This document shows positions 8,199 to 15,976 of a DNA stretch of 64,000 nt, in pieces. Position numbers and translations under genes: made by a program. Within the stretch, counting starts at the first letter, position 1. Each line of letters starts with the position of its first letter. The notes beneath the pieces were generated by a model. The model searched no databases. It had not been told where the DNA came from and saw nothing but the letters and a program-made list of their open reading frames with translations. Source of the stretch: an archaeon (GTDB lineage: Archaea; SpSt-1190; DYHY01); the NCBI GenBank assembly GCA_037442745.1, contig JBBIPP010000003.1:30568-94567 (forward strand), given 5' to 3'.

Positions 8199-9719
8199 TC
8201 AGCCTTTGAGAACGCCCATTGGCCGGAGCTTTGCGACAACTCCGGCAATTCCCGCCCCTCCGGAGACTCGGGCGACTTCGTCAACATCCTTGTAGCTCTC
8301 CGGCGCCTCTTCGGCTATTGACCTCCGGGAGGCTGATTTGACAATAATCCCCCTGCCTTCAAGGGCTCGGACAATGTCATCCCCTCTGTTCCTCCGGAGA
8401 GACTCGCCCCTGCTCATTATTCTTCCTGCGCCGTGGGCGGTCGAGCTGAAGCTCTTCTCATGAGAAGTAGTTTTCCCCACAAGGACGAAGCTTCCGGTTC
8501 CCATGCTTCCTGGAAGTATTGCCGGCTGGCCGACCGCGCGGTACTCCTCTGGGAGCTCCTTTCTTCCGGGGCCAAGAGCCCTAGTCGCCCCCTTCCTGTG
8601 AAGGTAGCATTTCCGCCCCGAGTGCTCTTCTATTTTCGCAATGTTGTGACAGACGTCGTAGAGGAGGGTCATTCCGAGCTTTTCCGCATCCGCCCTGAAA
8701 ACTTCGGAGAACGCGTCCCTTATTCCTGACGTTATCTCCTGCCTGTTTGCGAAAGCGAAATTGACTGCTCCCGACATTGCCGAGAAATAACTTTCGCATT
8801 CCTTCGAGTGTGCGGGCGCATATGCTAGCTCCCTATCCGGGAGTCTTGAGAGCTCTTCTGGAAATTTCCCCTCAATTGCGCGCAAATAGTCTGAACATGT
8901 CTGGTGCCCCAGTCCCCTTGATCCGCAGTGAACCATTATAACTGCCTGGCCTTCTTCGAAGGAGAATGCTTTCGCGCTCTTGGGGTCGAGAATTTCTGAT
9001 ACCCTTTGGATTTCCAGGAAATGGTTTCCTGCCCCTAGTGTCCCTAGCTGGTCTTTTCCCCGCTTTTTCGCATTGTCAGATACCTTGTCTGCGCGGGCGG
9101 AGGTCATTCTTCCTCTCTCCTCGCAAAATTTGGAATCCCCGCGAAGCAGGGGCTTGGAGAGTGCTTTTGAAAATATTCCCTCTTCCAGCACGCTGTCAAT
9201 TTCCTTATTGGAAAGCTTTCTTTTCGATCCTCTTCCTACGCCGGAAGGCACCCTTTTGTTCAGGGCCTCGAGAAGGGGCTTTATTTTCTGGAAAACGTCC
9301 TCTGCCCGGAGGCAGGTTCTTATCAGACGGACACCGCAATTGATGTCATAGCCGATTCCTCCGGGGGAAATTCCGCCTGTTTCAATGTCAAGGGCAGCAA
9401 CACCCCCTATCGGAAACCCGTATCCCTCGTGGGCATCTGGCAGTGCAACAGGGGGCGCTACTAGGCCCGGTAGGGTTGAGATGTTTGAGAGTTGCCGAAG
9501 GGTCCGGTCGTTTCTCATTTTCTCTAAAAGAAGCTCGCTTGCAATCAGGCGCGAGTGGGAGTTCATCCCGGCAACGGCTCCTTTGGGAATAATCCATTCG
9601 AATTCCGATGCCCGCTCAATTGGAATATCTCTCGAATCGCTTGGAGTTTTCCGGCGGGGTTCCCGGCAGGGTTCCCGGCAGGGTTCTTTTTTGCTTTCGG
9701 TTGGGATGTTTGAATCCAT
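8199..9719 (-). CDS. rtcB: tRNA-splicing/RNA ligase RtcB
   Basis: 506 aa. GYDINCGVRLIRT, HCGSRGLGHQ and NHAGRIMSRG-type motifs. Adjacent to archease. Confidence 0.9.
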   Translation of the reverse strand: MDSNIPTESKKEPCREPCREPRRKTPSDSRDIPIERASEFEWIIPKGAVAGMNSHSRLIASELLLEKMRNDRTLRQLSNISTLPGLVAPPVALPDAHEGYGFPIGGVAALDIETGGISPGGIGYDINCGVRLIRTCLRAEDVFQKIKPLLEALNKRVPSGVGRGSKRKLSNKEIDSVLEEGIFSKALSKPLLRGDSKFCEERGRMTSARADKVSDNAKKRGKDQLGTLGAGNHFLEIQRVSEILDPKSAKAFSFEEGQAVIMVHCGSRGLGHQTCSDYLRAIEGKFPEELSRLPDRELAYAPAHSKECESYFSAMSGAVNFAFANRQEITSGIRDAFSEVFRADAEKLGMTLLYDVCHNIAKIEEHSGRKCYLHRKGATRALGPGRKELPEEYRAVGQPAILPGSMGTGSFVLVGKTTSHEKSFSSTAHGAGRIMSRGESLRRNRGDDIVRALEGRGIIVKSASRRSIAEEAPESYKDVDEVARVSGGAGIAGVVAKLRPMGVLKG

Positions 9720-9791
9720 TTGTGTTTTCGGACAATGAGGAACGTGGCTATAAGGGTTTCTTTATTCCGTAGCGGTGCGCCCGACCATCAG

Positions 9792-10277
9792 TCAGATGTC
9801 AAGTAACGCTCTGCAGACAACTGACCCGTCCTTTTTGCGAACAACTGACATTCCGTGATATGTGACTGCCTTGACAATGTATATTGCTTCGTGCTTTTTC
9901 TCGGAAATCCGCTCGCCGTATGCGATGCAGTCGAACTCGCCAGCTTTTCTTTTCTTGACCGAGAACTTGGAGAAAAACATCCTTTCAGAATCCGCGAGGA
10001 AAATGAGCCTGTCCAAAAAGTCGTAGAGAACGGTTATCTCGTCGCCCCTTGGGGAGATTGTGAATTTCCTCTTTTTATTCGGGGAAACGAGCGAGAGATT
10101 CGTCATTCCCGAGAATGCCGCGAGCCCCGCGTTTTCAAGGGCAGTTTCAAAGTCTTTTCCGTTCGACTCGAACTCGAGATCGGTAGTGTGCCTGAGGAAC
10201 CGGAACCTACTTTCTCTTTTTCCTTTTCGGCTTGAGCTTGGCTTTTTCTTCAATTTTTTCCGCCTCCCCTGCAACAA
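9792..10277 (-). CDS. archease (RtcB activator)
   Basis: FLRHTTDLEF...FETALENAGLAAFSGM matches the archease N-terminal HTAD.. motif and LEEAFE.AALAMF region. Directly upstream of rtcB. First in-frame ATG gives a 25-aa basic extension that overlaps the upstream gene by 70 nt, so the true start is uncertain. Confidence 0.6.
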   Translation of the reverse strand: MLQGRRKKLKKKPSSSRKGKRESRFRFLRHTTDLEFESNGKDFETALENAGLAAFSGMTNLSLVSPNKKRKFTISPRGDEITVLYDFLDRLIFLADSERMFFSKFSVKKRKAGEFDCIAYGERISEKKHEAIYIVKAVTYHGMSVVRKKDGSVVCRALLDI

Positions 10278-10785
10278 CGTCCGCTATTTTTTCAGTATAT
10301 CTTGAGAGGTGCTTGTAGAACACCTTTCCCGAATCCCAAAAGAGCGAAAGCGAGAAAATCAGGAATGCGAAAAATATTATTGTCGCAAGAGTAGGACCGG
10401 CAACTGGTATAAGGGCAATTGTTCCGGGAATTATTGGGGTGAGGACTATCAGGAAAACCGCAATAACAACTTTCTTTATTGCCTTTCTGAAATTCGCTCC
10501 CTCGCCTTCGCGCGCAAGCCCGGTTGAGGTGAGTAAAAGTTCGGAGATCCCTTCCGCAAGTGAAACGAGGTCTTTTGAAACGGATATTGCGAAATATCCA
10601 ATCACAATTATCATTGAGATTATTATCATAAAGCCTGCTGACATGTGGGAACCGGGTATTGCTGCGCCCATGCTCTGGACTGCTGGGGAAATGAGCGTTG
10701 CAATGAACCAGATTGAGAACATTACCGCAAGGTTGAGCATTATTCTCGGGAGCTTTTTGCGAAGTTTTTCGGAAAGTTTCTGCAT
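10207..10785 (-). CDS. hypothetical membrane protein (4 TM helices), Lys-rich C-terminus
   Basis: Internal ATG at 10785 of ORF 10207..11235. MQKLSEKLRKKLPRIMLNLAVMFSIWF... has hydrophobic helices. The upstream 150 codons of the ORF are GC-rich, low-complexity and probably non-coding. Confidence 0.4.
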   Translation of the reverse strand: MQKLSEKLRKKLPRIMLNLAVMFSIWFIATLISPAVQSMGAAIPGSHMSAGFMIIISMIIVIGYFAISVSKDLVSLAEGISELLLTSTGLAREGEGANFRKAIKKVVIAVFLIVLTPIIPGTIALIPVAGPTLATIIFFAFLIFSLSLFWDSGKVFYKHLSRYTEKIADVVAGEAEKIEEKAKLKPKRKKRK

Positions 10786-10794
10786 CGGTTGATT

Positions 10795-11330
10795 GTTGGG
10801 GAGAGGATATTTAGAGTTTTCTAGACTCCGCTGGTCCGGGTCCTTATTAGTGGATTGTATAATCGGAAGCTCGGAAGAGAGGGTACGAGGTTCCCTATTG
10901 GGGCCCCCTCCCCGTCCGGAGACGCCCCCGAGACAAGGGCGCTCCCCGGAACGGGGAAGAAAGCTGACAAGGGGACTTGGGAGCGCTCGGCTGGGTTTAC
11001 AATCGAGACTGTCCCGCAAGAGGAGCACTGGTGCACCCTTGTCTTGTTTCGGCTGATTCGTGTTTCCGAACCGCCTCTGCCACATCCAAAGAGGCTTGTG
11101 GTTGTGGAGGAACCTCCAACTAGCCAATACTTGCCGCATTTCCTGCAAGACTGGAGTTGGGTTGTTTCCATTCCAGACATTGTCCTGTCCGGGCATATAG
11201 GGAATTGGAGGGAGGAGTTTTCCGGTATTCGGCAAGGATTGTTGTTATTTTGCCTGATATTGTGGATCTGTCGTTGAAGTGTGGCAGAGGCGTAGCAGAG
11301 GTCTGAACTCGGACGAAGGAAATCTGGCTC
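10795..11330 (+). ncRNA. candidate structured non-coding RNA (class unresolved; RNase P RNA-like motif fragments)
   Basis: About 540 nt, GC-rich and ORF-poor, with only short overlapping ORFs in several frames on both strands. Contains GUCCGGGCAUAUAGGG (compare RNase P CR-I GUCCGGGCUCCAUAGGG) and GCAAGAGGAGCAC (compare CR-IV GUAAGAGCGCACC), but their order is not canonical. Confidence 0.25.
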
Positions 11331-11385
11331 AAGTCAGGCAGAATTGAGAAATTAATTTATTCGTTGATTTCTGTTTTCCTGCTGA

Positions 11386-11925
11386 ATGGAAATTCCCGAG
11401 CCCGGAGAAATCTACGACCCTTCGGAAGATTCCGCCCTTCTTGTGGGAGAAATCCTCTCCGGAAAATATTCGGGGGAGACTGCGTGCGACATGGGGACTG
11501 GCTCAGGAATTGTCGCAAAGGCTCTCGCAAAATTCTTCGGGAGAGTTGTTGCAGTTGACATAAATCCGAGGGCACGGGAATCGTTCTCTTGGGAGGATGC
11601 GGAAAAAATCTCCTTTGTTGAAAGCGACATGTTCTCAAAAGTCAGGAAGGAAAAGTTCGACCTGATTGCATTCAATTCCCCATACCTTCCGGGGTTCGAA
11701 GACAGGAGGTGGTCTTGCGGGGACGGGGAAGTGCTTGTCCGGTTCCTCTCGGATGCAAAAGAGTTCCTCTCTGAAACAGGCGAAATCCTTTTTCTGGTCT
11801 CATCCCTTACGCCGGAAACCGTTCTTTCTGAGGCGAGAAAACTCTACGCAGTGTCAATTGCGTCCGAAATGCGGCTCCCGGGGTTTGAGACGCTCTTCCT
11901 CCTGAGGCTTTCCCCTATCAAGTGA
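11386..11925 (+). CDS. class I SAM-dependent methyltransferase, HemK/Mtq2-like (N5-glutamine methyltransferase family)
   Basis: 179 aa. Motif I DMGTGSGIVA, motif IV-like NSPYLP (NPPY-type), and size typical of archaeal Mtq2. Confidence 0.55.
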   Translation: MEIPEPGEIYDPSEDSALLVGEILSGKYSGETACDMGTGSGIVAKALAKFFGRVVAVDINPRARESFSWEDAEKISFVESDMFSKVRKEKFDLIAFNSPYLPGFEDRRWSCGDGEVLVRFLSDAKEFLSETGEILFLVSSLTPETVLSEARKLYAVSIASEMRLPGFETLFLLRLSPIK

Positions 11926-13540
11926 CGTTATAGAAAACGAACCCCTCGGGCGACCTTGAAACAACCCGGTCAGAGAATGTTTCCGAAATTCTCCTGCATT
12001 GGCCCTCCTCGAACGGGGGGACTGTGCACCAAAAACCGTAATCGAATACAATGCAGGGATTTCCCTCACGTATTCTGGCCGAGAGCTCGGGATTTTCAAT
12101 ATACCAGGGCTGCGCTGTCGAATAGCCCTCATTCGCATATAGCGAGGTTACGTGGCTCACAATTAGGCACTCATTCGGAAGGTTCCCCCTTGAAATCTCT
12201 AGGAGCGCATAATCCCTGTAATCCCGTGCCATTTTGGCTTCAGCAATTTCCGGGCCCTGTCTTGAAACTTGGGGGAATGCGTAATAGAAGGAGGATACTA
12301 TCAGGAAGACTGCGAGAATTATTGCGCCGTTTCTGGAAAGAAGTCTCCCAAAGGCTCCTGCGAGGAGGGCGAGAGCCGGATAATATGAGAGGGCATATCT
12401 CACGTCCGCCCCGTATTTGACGCTTCCCGCATAGAAAAAGCAATAGAGGAGGAAGAAGGAGAGGAACGCTACTGAAAGGAAAATTGCTTGTTTTGGGAGG
12501 AAGAGCCCCTTTTTCGGGACAAGCATTGTCGCAAGCCCGACAAGGGAGAATATTGTTAGGGAAATCGGGTGGACTGATACTTCCGGATAGCCGAAAAGGA
12601 GGAATTTCGAATTAACGGGGAATATTTGAAGAAAATTGTCTATTGAGAATTTATCGAGATCTCCTGCTCCCCAATCGCTTCCCTTTCCAGCAATTGATAT
12701 GTGGATTAGCGCTATTGAGGACAAGGCAAGGGCGAGCGCAATGGAGAGAGAAAGGTGGAGGATGTTCGCCGGAAGGCTGGCCCGCCTCCATGGGTAGAAC
12801 AGAAGGGCTCCGAGATAGAAAATCGGGAAGAATAGGATTCCTTCCGCCTTTGTCTGGACGAGGAAGGAGAGGGCTGTTGAGAAGAGGAAAAGAGCCCTAA
12901 GGGAGCCGGTCTCCCTGAAAAGCATCAGGGTGGCAAGCGAGAGGAGAAAGAAGAAGAGCATTGTCGGTTCGGCCGCGGCAGTCATTGACCATTCGATGAA
13001 AACTGGAACTGCGGAGAGCGCTCCGGCCGAGACTATTCCCGCTGACTCTTTTCCGAATAGAAGGGTCCCAGAGACGAACGCGAGAAAAATCGAGAGGGCG
13101 GGAAATATTGTCGAGATTATTAGTTGCCCCCTCTCCGCTCCGAACAGGGAGACGGCCCAGCCAAGGACGAACGGATGCGACGATGGCGCCTTGTTCATTA
13201 TGCAGTCGACGCAGTCGCCCTTCTCGGCATAGTTGCACATGCATGCCTGCATTCTCTCGGCAATGTTCTTTCCGGTGTTCAGATACAAGTCCTCGTCAAA
13301 AAATATCCTGCTTGTGAGGGGGACGAATGCCGCCCTGAAGGCAATGAATATCAGGATTATTGCGAATATTGCCGCTGCGCCCTTCCTCGACACTTTTCTC
13401 CTCAGAACCTTGTATGCGAGGCCGGAGGAAAGAGTCAGGAGGATGACAGTTATCGCGAGACCGGCATAGAGGAGAATCGGCTCTCCCCGAATTATCAAGG
13501 TTTTTTCGAATTCCGTTGCCGGAAAAAGCTCCCCAGTCAC
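11918..13540 (-). CDS. polytopic membrane glycosyltransferase, GT39/GT83 ArnT/PMT-like (dolichyl-phosphate-sugar dependent)
   Basis: 540 aa with more than 10 TM helices. First extracytoplasmic loop carries FFDEDLY, the DE motif of the ArnT/PMT family. Confidence 0.5.
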   Translation of the reverse strand: MTGELFPATEFEKTLIIRGEPILLYAGLAITVILLTLSSGLAYKVLRRKVSRKGAAAIFAIILIFIAFRAAFVPLTSRIFFDEDLYLNTGKNIAERMQACMCNYAEKGDCVDCIMNKAPSSHPFVLGWAVSLFGAERGQLIISTIFPALSIFLAFVSGTLLFGKESAGIVSAGALSAVPVFIEWSMTAAAEPTMLFFFLLSLATLMLFRETGSLRALFLFSTALSFLVQTKAEGILFFPIFYLGALLFYPWRRASLPANILHLSLSIALALALSSIALIHISIAGKGSDWGAGDLDKFSIDNFLQIFPVNSKFLLFGYPEVSVHPISLTIFSLVGLATMLVPKKGLFLPKQAIFLSVAFLSFFLLYCFFYAGSVKYGADVRYALSYYPALALLAGAFGRLLSRNGAIILAVFLIVSSFYYAFPQVSRQGPEIAEAKMARDYRDYALLEISRGNLPNECLIVSHVTSLYANEGYSTAQPWYIENPELSARIREGNPCIVFDYGFWCTVPPFEEGQCRRISETFSDRVVSRSPEGFVFYNVT

Positions 13541-15261
13541 CTGCGTTTCCCGGTCCCTTTTAGCTCAATATGTATCCCTTCGGCGAACATATGGCGAGTC
13601 TTTGTGCGCTCCTGCATTTCGAGGGCTTCCCTGATATTTGAGACTATCGGGTCCCCGTGGTAGTTGAAGCTAGTGTTAAGGACGGCTCCCGTTCCGGTGG
13701 ATTTCTTGACTGTTGATATCAGGCGCATGTACTCTGGGTTCTCAGACCCGACCATCTGGGGGCGGGCGGACATATCGACGTGTATTGCGGCCGCAAGCCT
13801 TTTCTCCCCGAGGAGGGAGCAGGAATATCCCATTGTCATGAATTTGTCCTCTATTCCGTCATAGTCCGTGAAAAGCTTCTTCGCTTCGGTCGCGAGTATT
13901 GACGGACAGAAGGGTTGATACCAATTCCTCTCCTTTATCCTCAGGTTGAGCTTGTTTTTCACGTCAATGGAGTCCGCGGGCGCGACAATGCTCCTGTTGC
14001 CAAGCGCCCTTGGGCCGTATTCCATCCTTCCCTGGAAGAGGAAGAAATAATCGTTCTCCTTTGAGAGGATTTCGGAGGCCTCCTTCTGCCACCTTCCCTT
14101 GCGGTTGACGGACCAGGAGAATTTGTTCTTGTTTTTCTCGAGGAAATCAATTATTTCGCCCTGTCCGTTTGGGCCGGGCCCGAAATAGACTGATTTCAGT
14201 TTTTTCTTCTGGGGATTTCCGGCAACGAAAAGCGCGGCACCCAGGGCTAGCCCGCCGTCCCCCATATGAGGGAAAACGAACCAGTCCTTCAAGGACAGTT
14301 CTGAGCGTATTCTCTGGTTGAGCTTGATGTTTGATGCAATCCCTCCCGACCACGAAATTCCCTTCGCGCCAGTCTCCTCCTGCGCATTCGAAAAAAGTCT
14401 CAGTATGTTCTTCTCGAGGGTCTCTTGGACCATTCTTGCGAAATCCTCTGGCGGAGTCCTCCATGCTAGGCGCTCTAGGAAATTGTACTGCGCTATCGGG
14501 TTCAGCTTGGCCTTGATTGAGAGGCCGTCGACTGAGAAGAGCCCTTCCATCCTGTTCCCTGTCTTGTGGGAATAGTCGGCCAAACTCATCAGTTTCCCCT
14601 CGTCTTCGAGTTCCCTCATCCCGAGGACTGTTGTCGCCTGCTCGAAGAAGATTCCTATGGAATTCCCGGCAGAAGTCTCGCCTATTCTGGCGATTTTTCC
14701 GTCCGCGCAATAGTTGACAGTTGATGAGACTCCGTCGCCCAAACCGTCCATTGTTATGCAAACTGACTCGTCCATTCCGGAGGTGTGGTATGCCGCGGCT
14801 GCGTGGGCAACGTGGTGGTCAACGGAATGGAGCCTGAATTTTTTGAATCCCGCTTTCCTGAGAGTCCTTGTAATGTGCGCCCTGTTGACCGCTTTCAGGA
14901 CGCCTCTTGGCTCTGTCGGCTGGCCGAGAGTGAACTTGAGATATCTCTGCAAATTGTGGAAACGTGGGCGGTCGATTTTCCTTCTCCTGAAAAGGTAGTA
15001 TTTGTCGGCAATTATTGGAAAAACCCGGGAGGCTGTCTTTGTCCAGTCAGTTGTCGAGAAAGCAATGTCTGTCACATCCTCTTTTTCCGCGTGCGCGAGT
15101 TCTAGGCACGCCCCTATTGATAGGTGGGGGAACCCCGAGTGGAGCTTTTTCCTTGATAGGCGCTCCTCGTTCACTGCCGAGAGTATTTTCCCGCCATAGT
15201 CTGTCAGCGCAGCGCCAGCGTCATGCCCGTCCCATATTCCGAGAATTTTTCCTTCCGCCAT
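13537..15261 (-). CDS. carbamoyltransferase (NodU/CmcH family)
   Basis: 574 aa. N-terminal Kae1/YgjD-like domain ILGIWDGHDAGAAL...SAVNEERLSRKK and a C-terminal carbamoyltransferase domain. Length typical for the family. Confidence 0.8.
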   Translation of the reverse strand: MAEGKILGIWDGHDAGAALTDYGGKILSAVNEERLSRKKLHSGFPHLSIGACLELAHAEKEDVTDIAFSTTDWTKTASRVFPIIADKYYLFRRRKIDRPRFHNLQRYLKFTLGQPTEPRGVLKAVNRAHITRTLRKAGFKKFRLHSVDHHVAHAAAAYHTSGMDESVCITMDGLGDGVSSTVNYCADGKIARIGETSAGNSIGIFFEQATTVLGMRELEDEGKLMSLADYSHKTGNRMEGLFSVDGLSIKAKLNPIAQYNFLERLAWRTPPEDFARMVQETLEKNILRLFSNAQEETGAKGISWSGGIASNIKLNQRIRSELSLKDWFVFPHMGDGGLALGAALFVAGNPQKKKLKSVYFGPGPNGQGEIIDFLEKNKNKFSWSVNRKGRWQKEASEILSKENDYFFLFQGRMEYGPRALGNRSIVAPADSIDVKNKLNLRIKERNWYQPFCPSILATEAKKLFTDYDGIEDKFMTMGYSCSLLGEKRLAAAIHVDMSARPQMVGSENPEYMRLISTVKKSTGTGAVLNTSFNYHGDPIVSNIREALEMQERTKTRHMFAEGIHIELKGTGKRR

Positions 15262-15972
15262 TTATCTTGAAAACGCCTCCTTTGCAATTGTCCGGAGTAT
15301 TATAAATCCATCCCTGAAAGTCCGGAGATTCCCTTCCCCGTGGAGCCTGAGCTTTTCATAGCTTGGGACCTCGCAGATTTTCATTCTCTCCTTTGCCGCA
15401 AGTATTGATATCTCAGTCTCAATTCCGAACCCCCCGCTAGCGAGCTTTGGAGAAAGGGTTCGGGCCGCTTTGCGGGAGAACGCCCTGTATCCGTAGCAGA
15501 GATCTGTGTATTTCGTCCCCCAAATAAGGTTCACGAGGAAAACGAATAACTTGTTTCCGAGAAAGCGAAGGACTGTAATGTCTCCGCTCCCGCCTCCCTG
15601 AATGAACCGTGAGCCCATCACGACGTCAAACCCCCGTTTTTCTATCCGCTCGACCATCCTGTTTATTTCTTCCGCTGAATGGGAGAAATCTGCATCCATT
15701 ATCACTATTGTCCTCCCGCGAGAGGCTTCAAGGCCCTTCTTTATCGCGGCACCCTTGCCAATTGAGTCGTATATTATTCTCGCTCCTTTTTTCCTTGCAA
15801 AGGAAACTGTCCCGTCCCTAGAATGTCCGTCGACAACAATTATCTCGCAGTCCTTTTCCTTGACCGATTTCGAGATGTCTTCAAAGACTCTCGGGAGGTT
15901 CCTCTCCTCGTTTAGGGTAGGTATTACTATTGAGAGCCGGGGAAGTTTTCGCTTTTTTGCCATATTTTCCAT
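15262..15972 (-). CDS. GT2 glycosyltransferase, dolichyl-phosphate mannose/glucose synthase-like
   Basis: 236 aa. LSIVIPTLNEE...IIVVDGHSRDGT...DADFSH, DPM1-like GT-A fold. Immediately upstream of aglB. Confidence 0.8.
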   Translation of the reverse strand: MENMAKKRKLPRLSIVIPTLNEERNLPRVFEDISKSVKEKDCEIIVVDGHSRDGTVSFARKKGARIIYDSIGKGAAIKKGLEASRGRTIVIMDADFSHSAEEINRMVERIEKRGFDVVMGSRFIQGGGSGDITVLRFLGNKLFVFLVNLIWGTKYTDLCYGYRAFSRKAARTLSPKLASGGFGIETEISILAAKERMKICEVPSYEKLRLHGEGNLRTFRDGFIILRTIAKEAFSR

Positions 15973-15976
15973 TTTT

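Noticed and set aside
10795-11330. Assigning the GC-rich region confidently as RNase P RNA
   Set aside because: CR-I-like and CR-IV-like motif fragments are present but in non-canonical order. A convincing P4 partner strand could not be found by eye. Kept only as an unclassified ncRNA candidate.
14147-14761. Arg-rich minus-strand ORF 14147..14761 inside the carbamoyltransferase gene
   Set aside because: Out-of-frame overlap with a well-supported 574-aa gene on the same strand. The composition (R/G/P-rich) is typical of a GC-rich alternative frame.
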